Virus record (IMG/VR): IMGVR_UViG_3300037462_000487
Location: 1 to 64,000 of that record
Length of the DNA stretch: 64,000 nucleotides
Direction: 5' to 3' (one strand)
Origin: a virus
Lineage: Duplodnaviria; Caudoviricetes
How positions within the stretch are numbered: position 1 is the stretch's first letter; every line of letters begins with the position of its first letter. The notes under the pieces are model-generated. The model was not told the DNA's origin. It saw only the letters and a program-made list of their open reading frames with translations, and made no database searches. The position numbers were made by a program, and so were the translations under genes. Shown one piece after another: positions 43,753 through 52,906 of the stretch.

Positions 43753-45035
43753 TGTCAGCTAACCTTAAAATCTTTCAAACGCATATTCGGTTTCCACACC
43801 GCAGTACCACACCGGCAACGCCGCCGGCAACTACCAGTCTGGTGTACGTCAAAACAGATGGGCGGTTGTATCGTCTGGGTTCTGATGGTATCGAAACTGA
43901 TGTGGCTACTACCCTGGCGGATACCGGCGTAGTACCTGGCAGTTACGAATCAGCCGATGTTACCGTCAACGCTAAAGGGCAAATTACTGCAATCAGTGAT
44001 GCGCCTGACAGCGGTGTGACTCCCGGCAGCTACACAGCCGCCAATATTACCGTTGACCCCAAAGGACGAATTACGGTTGCCAGTTCTAACGTTGCCGTGC
44101 CGGCTTTTCCTACTGGCGTTCCGGGCACCTATATCTGCCCGCTGCTAACGCTAGATACTCACGGCAAAGTAACCGCTATTGAAAGTGGTTATTATGTTAA
44201 TCCGGCTATTAATGATTTACGAATGGATAGCAGTATCAATTATGATCCTAATGCAATGTTGAATACCACCGATAACTCTGTTATGCGCTTAACGTTCTGG
44301 CGTGGCAACACCATTGCCTTAAGTCAGCTTACCGAAACCAACTATAAACTGTATCAGTTATCGACGCAGCCGATTATCAGTCTGGGAACTCTGCCGGTAG
44401 GGGTATACGATGTGTTTGTCTATGCCAGCGGCAGTACTCTGGTAGCTGAATTTATCGCCTGGTCTACGCTGACTTCTCGCGCTACCGCACTGGAATGGTA
44501 CCCGACTCTGGGAATTTACGGTACACCGTCGTCAAATCGTAAAAAATACATTGGTTCTATCTATTTAAATGTCGGTCAAACTCACGGCACCTTTACCCGC
44601 TGGAATTATTTTAATCGCCTGACGCTGCATCAGCGTATTTTAGAAACAACCGCAAGCTGGACTTACGCCACAAGTGCCTGGCGACAGGTGCGAGCAAGTG
44701 GAGCTAACTTAATTAGCCTCTTAATCGGCATGAACAACGTGCCGATCACACTCAATGCCACGCTGTATGCACAGGGGGCGGCAAGTCTGGCAACTAACAT
44801 TGGGTTCTCCACCACCGCACCGCTGTCAGGTTCGCTGGCGCTTCTGGGAGGAACTTCCGGGGCAGCAACTACGCAGGCAAAATGCGAAGTTCAGGGGAAC
44901 TTTCACAGCCATACCAGTACCGACACCGTTGGTTTTCTGACGTTTTACTGGCTGGAACGCGGCAACACCAGTGGTACCTTTTTAGGTACCAGCGTCTTGC
45001 TGCAATCAGGTATGGAGATTACCTATGAAGGTTAA
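43752..45035 (+). CDS. Tail fibre protein
   Basis: Three shaft repeats GV(V/T)PGSY..A.(V/I)TV..KG.IT, plus a beta-rich C-terminal domain. Confidence 0.78.
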   Translation: MSANLKIFQTHIRFPHRSTTPATPPATTSLVYVKTDGRLYRLGSDGIETDVATTLADTGVVPGSYESADVTVNAKGQITAISDAPDSGVTPGSYTAANITVDPKGRITVASSNVAVPAFPTGVPGTYICPLLTLDTHGKVTAIESGYYVNPAINDLRMDSSINYDPNAMLNTTDNSVMRLTFWRGNTIALSQLTETNYKLYQLSTQPIISLGTLPVGVYDVFVYASGSTLVAEFIAWSTLTSRATALEWYPTLGIYGTPSSNRKKYIGSIYLNVGQTHGTFTRWNYFNRLTLHQRILETTASWTYATSAWRQVRASGANLISLLIGMNNVPITLNATLYAQGAASLATNIGFSTTAPLSGSLALLGGTSGAATTQAKCEVQGNFHSHTSTDTVGFLTFYWLERGNTSGTFLGTSVLLQSGMEITYEG

Positions 45036-45561
45036 TGTCAGCAAATTTGAACGCGAGTTACGGGCGGCGGGCATTCCGTTAGAGGGTGTTGACTCTGACG
45101 GTACAGTATGGTATACTAATGAAGTTACCGAAGCACAGCGAGAAACTGCGGCAGCGATTTTACGCGATCACAATCCGCTGACACCTCACCCCGATGATGT
45201 GGTGCTAGCGCAAACCGTACAAGCGCTGCAAACTGCTCTGCAAAGTGCGGAAAACATGATAGGTATGCTGCCGTATTATGATATGTTGCAGCGCGAGCAG
45301 CGCAAAGCCGTGGTTCATCGCAAAGACATCGTAACCCATTATCAGGATTTTTTAAATCAGGTTAATCAGGAACCAAAAGGATATGCTGATTTTCTGCACA
45401 CGTTATATTTGTGTACTGGCCTGCGGGAAGACGATTTAACACCAGAACTGCCAGTAGAAAAAATGCATGAAGTAATTTTTGTTGGAATGCTCTATACCGG
45501 CTTTGGAGCTTTCAGTGCAATTGTACCGGCTTTCCTCATTATGTTAAAAAACAGGAGTTAA
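45025..45561 (+). CDS. Hypothetical protein (possible fibre assembly)
   Basis: 178 aa overlapping the fibre gene end. Confidence 0.55.
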   Translation: MKVNVSKFERELRAAGIPLEGVDSDGTVWYTNEVTEAQRETAAAILRDHNPLTPHPDDVVLAQTVQALQTALQSAENMIGMLPYYDMLQREQRKAVVHRKDIVTHYQDFLNQVNQEPKGYADFLHTLYLCTGLREDDLTPELPVEKMHEVIFVGMLYTGFGAFSAIVPAFLIMLKNRS

Positions 45562-45562
45562 T

Positions 45563-46678
45563 ATGTCACTAACTGATTTAAAAACACAGCTTGACAGCCA
45601 AATCTCGGCTTTGACGACACAACGCAACACTTTGCAGGCTAAAATTACTGAAACAGACGCTTTGCTGGCAACTGCGCAAACGCTGCATACCAGTCTTGAC
45701 GCAGCTATTCCGCTGGAAACCGAAATTAACACGCTAACGGCTGCGCTGGCAGCAGCTAATGCCAATCTGACTGCCTGTGGTATTGCCCGTACCCGGCTGG
45801 AAAGCGAAAAAGCCGAACTGGCAGCGCAGCTTCAGGCTCTCACCAATCCGCCAGAAGTGGAAACGCCGCCGCAGCAGAATTTGCGTCTCCCTCACAGTTA
45901 CAACGCGGCTACCGGTGAACTAACCGGCGTTTTTGCCGTTTATCTGACCGACCAGGCTAGCAGTGGTACTGCTCGCACGAACACCATGAAAAGCTATGTA
46001 GATCGTGTGGCAGCAGCCGGCGGCATCAACGGAGTCATCGTTTTTTGTAACGCTATCGAAGTGCAGGAAAAAACTATTCCTACCTACATTGCCAGCAAAG
46101 GTCTGGCGTGGTGGGCCGACAGCGTGTACTCGGTGTACACCCGTAATCCAGCCGGGTTTAGTGACTATATTACCCGTTGTAAGGCACTCAATGCCGCCGG
46201 TTACATCCTGGACGATGCCAGCAGTCTGAGTATCTTTCCGCTGGCAACGCAGGAAGCTGTCGTGCGAATTATCAAGACTGTCGATGGCGATAAACCGATT
46301 GTAGCCAGCTATGCGGTACTCGCGCCAGTCAATACCTACCGGGCAGCGAACAATGCGATTATCAATGTGCTGACTGCTCGCCAGCTTTATCGCCATGAAC
46401 TGGCAGCTACCAGCAACCCTACCGGCGTTCTGGCTAACTGGATCGCCACACGTCCGATGCAGATTGCCAATCTGGAATGTTTTACTGCCGGTCGGGTGAC
46501 AACTTCCGCCAGGCACCTGCGGGAAATGGTGCAGCACATCCGGGCAGGTGGCATTAAAAATATCATGATGTACGCTGCCGTCGATATTGGTACCTTTAAA
46601 GTTTGGAATCACCCGGCATTGTGGGATGCAGTTCAGGAAGAAGCTGTCCGCTGGACAGATGGAAATCCGGCTAATTAG
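45563..46678 (+). CDS. Coiled-coil plus putative alpha/beta-barrel hydrolase (lysis candidate)
   Basis: N-terminal heptads (~95 aa); alternating beta/alpha segments (GVIVF, GYILDD, KPIVASY, NIMMY); directly before a holin-like gene. Confidence 0.4.
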   Translation: MSLTDLKTQLDSQISALTTQRNTLQAKITETDALLATAQTLHTSLDAAIPLETEINTLTAALAAANANLTACGIARTRLESEKAELAAQLQALTNPPEVETPPQQNLRLPHSYNAATGELTGVFAVYLTDQASSGTARTNTMKSYVDRVAAAGGINGVIVFCNAIEVQEKTIPTYIASKGLAWWADSVYSVYTRNPAGFSDYITRCKALNAAGYILDDASSLSIFPLATQEAVVRIIKTVDGDKPIVASYAVLAPVNTYRAANNAIINVLTARQLYRHELAATSNPTGVLANWIATRPMQIANLECFTAGRVTTSARHLREMVQHIRAGGIKNIMMYAAVDIGTFKVWNHPALWDAVQEEAVRWTDGNPAN

Positions 46679-46696
46679 CTAAATAAGGAGTTAACT

Positions 46697-47068
46697 ATGT
46701 GGGATCAAACGGATTTTGTGGTGCTGGTGGTTGCCGGTGGCGCAATTGTCATGGCAATTATGGCAATCTGGCAGAGTCGGCCGGAAAAGATTGTCGCGGC
46801 AGTGCAGCGAATCACCGAGTCGCCGGAAACAATGGCCCGGCTGGAAAACAGTTATAATCAGCTTACTCCCCGTGAGCAGGCGCTGATTAACACCGTGACT
46901 ACAGCAATGACGTTTCTGTACAACAGTGTGCCCAGTAATTCGACGTATCACAAACCCTTTCAGGAAAGCCTGGAACTGTTGCAAGAAATTACCGATAAAC
47001 TTCCGGCAGTGGAAAAACCGATGCCGGTGTCTGACCCGGTAGTGGAACCCGCTGGCTCAGATAAGTAA
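46697..47068 (+). CDS. Single-TM membrane protein (holin-like)
   Basis: FVVLVVAGGAIVMAIMAIW segment; AAGGAG RBS; last gene of the late operon. Confidence 0.45.
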   Translation: MWDQTDFVVLVVAGGAIVMAIMAIWQSRPEKIVAAVQRITESPETMARLENSYNQLTPREQALINTVTTAMTFLYNSVPSNSTYHKPFQESLELLQEITDKLPAVEKPMPVSDPVVEPAGSDK

Positions 47069-47070
47069 CT

Positions 47071-47103
47071 AAACAAAACCCCGGCACTGCCGGGGTTTTG
47101 TTT
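47071..47103. terminator. Bidirectional terminator at the convergence point
   Basis: AAACAAAACCCCGGC-ACT-GCCGGGGTTTTGTTT. Confidence 0.9.
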
Positions 47104-47479
47104 AGTGCCACCATAAATAGATGATTTGATCCCATACCAGATTAAGTAGCAGAATACGATTATACGGCTGTGCTTCCTTTATTTCAGTGACGTTAACGGT
47201 AAGCCCCAGAAATTTAAATAGCGACTGTGATTCTACAAACAAATCAGGAGTATGTGAAGCCGCCGGCAGCAAAAGAAATTCTGTGCCGGGTGCGTTTACC
47301 CGCTCTAACACCTCCAGGATTGTTGGATCATACGGCACTTCGGCAATCCAGTATCCGGTAGCTTCCATTTTGGCTATCCAGTTACGAACAGACAAATCGT
47401 TCCGATTACCTTCGCAGTAATCAACAATGTTTTGATTAAGAACGGCTACTAAAAGTTCTTTACCCGTCATTGCTGCCAT
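47102..47479 (-). CDS. Hypothetical protein
   Basis: 125-aa ORF with GAGGTG RBS. Confidence 0.7.
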   Translation of the reverse strand: MAAMTGKELLVAVLNQNIVDYCEGNRNDLSVRNWIAKMEATGYWIAEVPYDPTILEVLERVNAPGTEFLLLPAASHTPDLFVESQSLFKFLGLTVNVTEIKEAQPYNRILLLNLVWDQIIYLWWH

Positions 47480-47618
47480 GATACACCTCAGTTATAGGTT
47501 TAAGCCATTGAACGAAAGAATGGTAAACGCACCCGTCTATCCAGAACGAGAACCAGACACAAATCCAACTCCCCTTCTTCGCAAAAATATGGTGACATTT
47601 ACTAAAAATCGCTGTGAG

Positions 47619-48221
47619 TTAGTTTCCATACTTTTTTAAATCCTCTCGAATATCATTGCCGGTAATTTCGTTACCGTAAGACAACCAGCCTTCTCGCGGT
47701 TGCCGGGCAAACAATTCCAGTTTGTCACCTGTTACGTCTCCCATTAACGCTTCAATTCTTTCGTATACCGCTGTCGGTTTTTCACTGTGACGGGTAAACG
47801 GAGCCACAACTAGCTGACGTACATCAAACCGCTGCCGGCTGACTTTCCCGCGGGTGAACAACAAACAAAATTCAGTGTTAGCTCGCGTCCAGTAACCGGT
47901 GCCCATAAACCAGTTGACTTCTGCATCCAGCGTAGTACCTGACGGTTGTTTTTGCCGGCTTTTTGCCCACACAAACGCTACTGTCTTGTAGGTAAACCCC
48001 CAGACTGTCCCGGTAGCCAGCGCCTGCGCCAGCAGCGGCCAGGTACCCCACAAGAACAAAACCGAATTGTCGGCACAAATGGGTTTAATGTAGTCACCCA
48101 GACTGTAAATATCGGCGATACTCATCGTAGAATAGTGCTGCTCCGGCGAGCGATCCTGTCCTTTAGCTGAGTACGTTTTAAACTGCCAGGGAGGATCGGC
48201 GTATAAAATGCTGACTGCCAT
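47619..48221 (-). CDS. MT-A70 family N6-adenine methyltransferase
   Basis: ILYADPPW, LFLW, W-GF-YKT..FVW.K, GYWTRANTEFCL, HSEKP, KLELFAR. Start reassigned to ATG 48221. Confidence 0.92.
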   Translation of the reverse strand: MAVSILYADPPWQFKTYSAKGQDRSPEQHYSTMSIADIYSLGDYIKPICADNSVLFLWGTWPLLAQALATGTVWGFTYKTVAFVWAKSRQKQPSGTTLDAEVNWFMGTGYWTRANTEFCLLFTRGKVSRQRFDVRQLVVAPFTRHSEKPTAVYERIEALMGDVTGDKLELFARQPREGWLSYGNEITGNDIREDLKKYGN

Positions 48222-48223
48222 GC

Positions 48224-48457
48224 TTAACTCCGTTTTTTTACCCTGCACCACCAATCACATGCCACTGTTTCCCGACGATTACTATACCACACGTCAGAGG
48301 CAATTTGCCAGTACCAGTTCTGTCTTTCCGGGCTTTCTAACCAGAACTCAATAAACCCGTCAACAGTCTGACTACAGGCAAGTACCTGCATAGTTGATTG
48401 CTGCCGCTGTAAGAAGTCGGTTAGCCACGGTATAGCGGCGGTAATACCCTGGTTCAT
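48224..48457 (-). CDS. Hypothetical protein (77 aa)
   Basis: ATGA-coupled, Trp-rich. Confidence 0.6.
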   Translation of the reverse strand: MNQGITAAIPWLTDFLQRQQSTMQVLACSQTVDGFIEFWLESPERQNWYWQIASDVWYSNRRETVACDWWCRVKKRS

Positions 48458-49632
48458 AACGGATTGCCGTAATCTTCAGCTACAGTTGCCTTCATGCGGT
48501 ACAGCGACGTTCCGACTCGCGCTTCGTACCAGTCATTGACGCGATAAATCATAACATCAACCAGATGATGCCCGACGTTCCCGGAAGGCGCAAGATACGC
48601 CAGCGTAAACCCGTAGTTATGCCCGGTGTAAGCGTGCTGCCGGTATGCCGGTCGCAGCGTCGCCAGCGTGCCACAAACATTGACAAAATTGCGCCCGCCG
48701 GTATATGGATGTGGCTTCCCCCAGACAGTTTCCTGGCGATGCGTATGCCCGGCAAACACACTTAAATGATTGCCGTACTGCTGCAAATACCCGTTAGCCG
48801 TTGACCCATAATTACCACCCTTAACTGTCCAGCCGTGTACCGCAATCACATTGTTAGTCACCGGCAGTTCTTTGCGGGTGTCGCCTTCAACCCACAACCC
48901 GCCAGCGGTTCGCAGGCGTTCAAAAAAGTGTTTAAAAAAATAACCCGACGCTTCAGGATTATCATGCAAATAGCGCAGCAGCCAAATTTCATGATTACCA
49001 AGCCAGGCTGGTTTAATTGTCTCCGGGCCTGTCACCTGATTAATAGCGTTAAGCCAGTCTAAAGTTGCTTCTTCAAAGGCGATCATCGCCCTTGAAGTTG
49101 AAGATGATTCGTCAAACGTTGACGGTAAATCGACACTCACCTGATAGTAGGAAGTGCCATGCATTTTAGGAGCCAGCAGGGTATTATCTACCATGTCAGC
49201 CATAATCGGTACATAATCCGGGTTAAAATCCTGCATAATCAGCAGCACCAAATCCCACAGCGCCGGATCACTTTGCTCTTTGTGTCCATCCTGAATGTTC
49301 ATCAGTCGCAGCGGCCGCTGCTCTTTCTGACAGCGACGCAGCAGTTCCCGCATTTGTTCGATATACTCATCATACTGTGAATACTTCAACGGCACAATAC
49401 CCGTAGTCGGCATGGCAGTGTAATGCGGCGAACTAAGTTCGGTGCGGTAGCGATTCTGCCGCACCGCCTGTGTCGCTTTGCGCAGAGTACGCTGTGATGT
49501 CTGCGGATGCTGACGGTAAAAATACTGATTGCAGGCTTCTACCTGCTGCGGTGTCGTCGGCAGCCCATGAAGCTGGTAATAGGCTTTAATTTCCTGTGCC
49601 AGCCACGGAGCGACAAAATAATCAGCCATCAA
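48454..49632 (-). CDS. Calcineurin-like metallophosphoesterase
   Basis: Motifs QDGH, ADMVD, LGNHE, VHG, GHTH. Confidence 0.85.
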   Translation of the reverse strand: MMADYFVAPWLAQEIKAYYQLHGLPTTPQQVEACNQYFYRQHPQTSQRTLRKATQAVRQNRYRTELSSPHYTAMPTTGIVPLKYSQYDEYIEQMRELLRRCQKEQRPLRLMNIQDGHKEQSDPALWDLVLLIMQDFNPDYVPIMADMVDNTLLAPKMHGTSYYQVSVDLPSTFDESSSTSRAMIAFEEATLDWLNAINQVTGPETIKPAWLGNHEIWLLRYLHDNPEASGYFFKHFFERLRTAGGLWVEGDTRKELPVTNNVIAVHGWTVKGGNYGSTANGYLQQYGNHLSVFAGHTHRQETVWGKPHPYTGGRNFVNVCGTLATLRPAYRQHAYTGHNYGFTLAYLAPSGNVGHHLVDVMIYRVNDWYEARVGTSLYRMKATVAEDYGNPL

Positions 49633-50191
49633 AGTCTCCTTTACTTAACATCAGCGACAATAAAGATGGTATCGCCGCAGCATCCTGATTTAAACGGTTA
49701 GGCCGCGACTGATAAAACTGCATATATTCGGAAAAATCGCCGGCTGCTGTCTCCCAGAGATAGCAGTAAGCAATCTGGTGCTGACGCGACAACGTTTTAA
49801 CTTCCTGTGCATGAAAAGCGACAATCTGGCGATCATTTTCCAGCGCCACTCCCTGTAACATCTCCTGAATCGTAGTGTACTGATTATCCAGGTCAGCCAG
49901 CGGCACAACGGTTGGATCAGTGACGTATTTATAGACTTCAACCAGTACCGCCACCCGCAGGGGCAGACGAATCAGATCAAACCCCTGCGACTGCCACTGC
50001 GTAGTCAACGCTTTCGTCATAGACTTCACAAAACGCTGCACATCGGCGCTGGCGACAAAGCGTAGCTGCCCGCTGCGCGTGACAATCGGCTCACGCTGAT
50101 TCTTCAAAGCCGGAATTGACTGATTGCGGCTGACTGCGTTAAAAAAACGCAGCAGCGCTGGATTAGTCGGAGTTGGCAGTGGCATTTTCAT
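49622..50191 (-). CDS. rusA: RusA-like Holliday junction resolvase
   Basis: DLDNQYTTIQEMLQGVALENDRQIV matches the RusA DxDN...D...DDxQ pattern. Confidence 0.72.
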   Translation of the reverse strand: MKMPLPTPTNPALLRFFNAVSRNQSIPALKNQREPIVTRSGQLRFVASADVQRFVKSMTKALTTQWQSQGFDLIRLPLRVAVLVEVYKYVTDPTVVPLADLDNQYTTIQEMLQGVALENDRQIVAFHAQEVKTLSRQHQIAYCYLWETAAGDFSEYMQFYQSRPNRLNQDAAAIPSLLSLMLSKGDFDG

Positions 50192-50549
50192 CCTCGATAC
50201 GTTTCAGCAGCAGCACCAGTTCCGACAGCGACATGCCGGCAAGTGCCGCAGCCCCGTCAGCGTAACCTAACGTCTGCATTTCTGAATGCATACTATCCAG
50301 ACAATACAGATACCCGATCATATCAACAAAGTTATCTTCTTTCCAGGTCTGCTGATTGCGAGCCAGTTTCAAATCAACCATCATTAAAGCTACGTCAACC
50401 GGTGTAACTGAGCAGTTAAACGTCAGTTTCTGCTGAAGCAGCAGTGACCAGCGTACTGCAATACGCAGATGATTAAGCAGTGGTGAGCCATAATCACGTC
50501 GTCTGTCGCCGCTGACGACAGCTTCAGCCTGTTCTTTAAACGTTGTCAT
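50163..50549 (-). CDS. DUF6378-like phage protein
   Basis: R..DYG.P..N..RIA..WS...V...DVALMM..LK.AR...DN.VD..GY pattern. Confidence 0.7.
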   Translation of the reverse strand: MTTFKEQAEAVVSGDRRRDYGSPLLNHLRIAVRWSLLLQQKLTFNCSVTPVDVALMMVDLKLARNQQTWKEDNFVDMIGYLYCLDSMHSEMQTLGYADGAAALAGMSLSELVLLLKRIEDENATANSD

Positions 50550-50826
50550 CTAATTCACTCTCCAACCACAATACCAGACAGGCAGCTACCTGCACCAGTT
50601 CTTTCCGCAAATGTTCCCGACGGGTGCTGTCGGCAGTAACTGCCTGAATTTCAGCGCAGACTTCGCCAAGTTCTTCAGTAACAATCACCAGCCAATCCGC
50701 ATGACTGTGACGCTGCAAACCCCATTTGCCATCCTGCCGGCTGCGTTCTTGCAGGATAAGCTCTGCTGCCCGCGTCAGAACCTGCGTCAGCGAGTTCAGT
50801 GTGTGATTGGGAGTTAAGAGTTCCAT
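50536..50826 (-). CDS. MazG-like NTP pyrophosphohydrolase
   Basis: EELGEV...ELVQVAA motif. Confidence 0.75.
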   Translation of the reverse strand: MELLTPNHTLNSLTQVLTRAAELILQERSRQDGKWGLQRHSHADWLVIVTEELGEVCAEIQAVTADSTRREHLRKELVQVAACLVLWLESELDDNV

Positions 50827-51833
50827 GTCAGCTCCTGATAATTAAGATCATGCTTAATCAGCGTAGCAATCTGACAGGCTAACCGCGGCGGTACGGCGTT
50901 ACCTACCTGAAGATACCCGGCTGCCAGATTGTGGTACTTAAACTCAAAAGTATCGGGAAAAGTTTGAATGCGAGCTTGTTCGCGGACTGTCAGCCGCCGA
51001 TAGGTACCACCCGGTACCAGATCAAAACCATAACGTTTGGCGTGAGTACGCAGCACCGGCCGGGGAAACGCATCCGGGTGCAGCGGCACCGTTGTATCGG
51101 CAGTCGTAACCGTGTAACCGGGTTCGTGCCAATCTCGCATCCGCCAGCGCGACAGATACATTTTAGAAAAACTGCGATCTTCGTACTCGTGATTGGCAAC
51201 TGCGGGTACAGCCGTGCCATAAATAACTGCGTTGTAACGCAAATCTTTAATTGTTTCCTGCAAAGTAGGTCGCGGGAAAACCGCAGTCAGTTTGTCAAAA
51301 TCAAAAGTTTTGTTCAAATCTTTGCGATAGCCAATAAAGAAAGTACGAAAACGATCCTGCGGCACGCCGTAACGCGAAGCATCCAGCACCCGATAAACAA
51401 CATTATAACCCGCGGTATCGAATGCCTGCAAAATACCCGCCAGTGCCGCTTGATTAGCGCGAAAGGTAATGCCTTTAACATTCTCTGCCACAAAAAACTC
51501 TGGCTGCTTCCCCTGCAACAGTCGGATGTACTCATAAAACAACTGCCCGCGTGGATCGTCAATGCCGCGTGGTTTCCGGGCATGATTGCCATTCACCGAC
51601 CAGGACTGACAGGGTGGCCCGCCAATCAACCCGGCAGTCGTCGGTACATCTTCCAGCCGCAGTTTCTGAATGCTGCGCGGATCAAGCTTAACTGCCGGAA
51701 AATTATGCCGATAAGTTTCAATTGCCGGTCGGTACTTTTCGTTAGCAAACAGGGTGGTAAAACCTGCCTGATGAAAGCCTAAATCCAGCCCGCCGGCTCC
51801 GGCAAACAATGATACCAGTGTAGACATACTCAA
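50814..51833 (-). CDS. DNA (cytosine-5)-methyltransferase, M.HaeIII-like
   Basis: SLFAGAGGLDLG, GGPPCQSWS, ENVKG, QDR.R, YRRLTVRE.ARIQ.FPD, GNAVPP. Confidence 0.95.
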   Translation of the reverse strand: MSMSTLVSLFAGAGGLDLGFHQAGFTTLFANEKYRPAIETYRHNFPAVKLDPRSIQKLRLEDVPTTAGLIGGPPCQSWSVNGNHARKPRGIDDPRGQLFYEYIRLLQGKQPEFFVAENVKGITFRANQAALAGILQAFDTAGYNVVYRVLDASRYGVPQDRFRTFFIGYRKDLNKTFDFDKLTAVFPRPTLQETIKDLRYNAVIYGTAVPAVANHEYEDRSFSKMYLSRWRMRDWHEPGYTVTTADTTVPLHPDAFPRPVLRTHAKRYGFDLVPGGTYRRLTVREQARIQTFPDTFEFKYHNLAAGYLQVGNAVPPRLACQIATLIKHDLNYQELTWNS

Positions 51834-52525
51834 GACTCCTTTTGCAGATAAAACTGATTAAAAGCTGCCGCAGTAATAGGCACCCGCGCCTGAAACTGTT
51901 CCCACATCACCCGTGCAAAATCCTGAATTTCTTGCTGTGCATCCGGTGCCAGCCGTAATTCAATAAAATGCAAAAAGTTACGGGCATTCACTTTCCAGTA
52001 AAACGATGTTTCGGTAGACTGCGGCAGCAGCATTCGCGCCTGTTCGCGTGCTACGCCAGCGTCCAAAAACTCCTGATACAGCTTCCAGGACGCAGCCAGG
52101 TGCTGTTCATACTTTACCAGCAGTTCAAGCTGGTTCAACTTGCCTTCCGTGTCAAAGGTGCTTTGCTGTTTGTTGTCGGCAGCCGGCACGCGCCACAGAG
52201 ACGGCTTAAAAAAAGTAAGTTGTTCGCTGGTGTAGCGGCGGCTGACTTCGTTAAAACTACCGGTACGGTGGCGCATCCACTGCCGGGCCACAAACAACGG
52301 GCAGGTAATACGCCACTTTAACTCGATCATCTCGAAGGGAGTCCAGTGCTGATGCTGCATTAAGTAAAAAATAAGTTTACGATCTTTCTCAGCGCTAACT
52401 CCGGCAGTTTTATAAAACGAAACTCTGGCGGCATCGACAACAGCCCGATCCGGGTCATCTGCCGGCATCATATCCAGTAACTGCGTGTTGCTGCGAGCGT
52501 ATTCCAGATCAATCATTGGCTTCAT
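51830..52525 (-). CDS. thyX: Flavin-dependent thymidylate synthase
   Basis: H.TPFE, RQWMRHRTGSFNEVSRRY signature, ARMLLP, R....AQ.EI. Confidence 0.96.
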   Translation of the reverse strand: MKPMIDLEYARSNTQLLDMMPADDPDRAVVDAARVSFYKTAGVSAEKDRKLIFYLMQHQHWTPFEMIELKWRITCPLFVARQWMRHRTGSFNEVSRRYTSEQLTFFKPSLWRVPAADNKQQSTFDTEGKLNQLELLVKYEQHLAASWKLYQEFLDAGVAREQARMLLPQSTETSFYWKVNARNFLHFIELRLAPDAQQEIQDFARVMWEQFQARVPITAAAFNQFYLQKES

Positions 52526-52548
52526 CCTGATTTAACTTGAATTGGCGC

Positions 52549-52577
52549 ATTATACCCGATACCGTCATTTTTTGCAA
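52549..52577 (-). promoter_or_regulatory. Sigma70-type promoter upstream of thyX
   Basis: TTGCAA-17-TATAAT on the minus strand. Confidence 0.7.
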
Positions 52578-52579
52578 GG

Positions 52580-52906
52580 CTAAAAATCGTCGTCAACCGG
52601 CTGACTGACGGAAAAATACGTGTAAGCCTGCGCCGAGTACTGATCGCACAAACGATACACCAGATTGTGAGTCATGGTGCCGTACTTTGCCGGTACGAGC
52701 AAAAAGAAAAAACGCAGATTAAACGCCCACCCACCCGTCTGCGCATCTTCATGCAGATACCCTGCCTGAAAGACTACCGCGTCGGAGTACGGTTCAGTTT
52801 TTAAAGCTTTGCTCAATCCGGCTAAAAACGCTTCATACACTTCGTCAGCATTGTGAGTCGGCGGCAAACCCGCCAGTACGATTAAAAAATCACAAACATT
52901 ATCCAT
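52580..52906 (-). CDS. Hypothetical protein
   Basis: 108 aa, AAGGAG RBS, overlapping the polymerase end. Confidence 0.7.
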   Translation of the reverse strand: MDNVCDFLIVLAGLPPTHNADEVYEAFLAGLSKALKTEPYSDAVVFQAGYLHEDAQTGGWAFNLRFFFLLVPAKYGTMTHNLVYRLCDQYSAQAYTYFSVSQPVDDDF

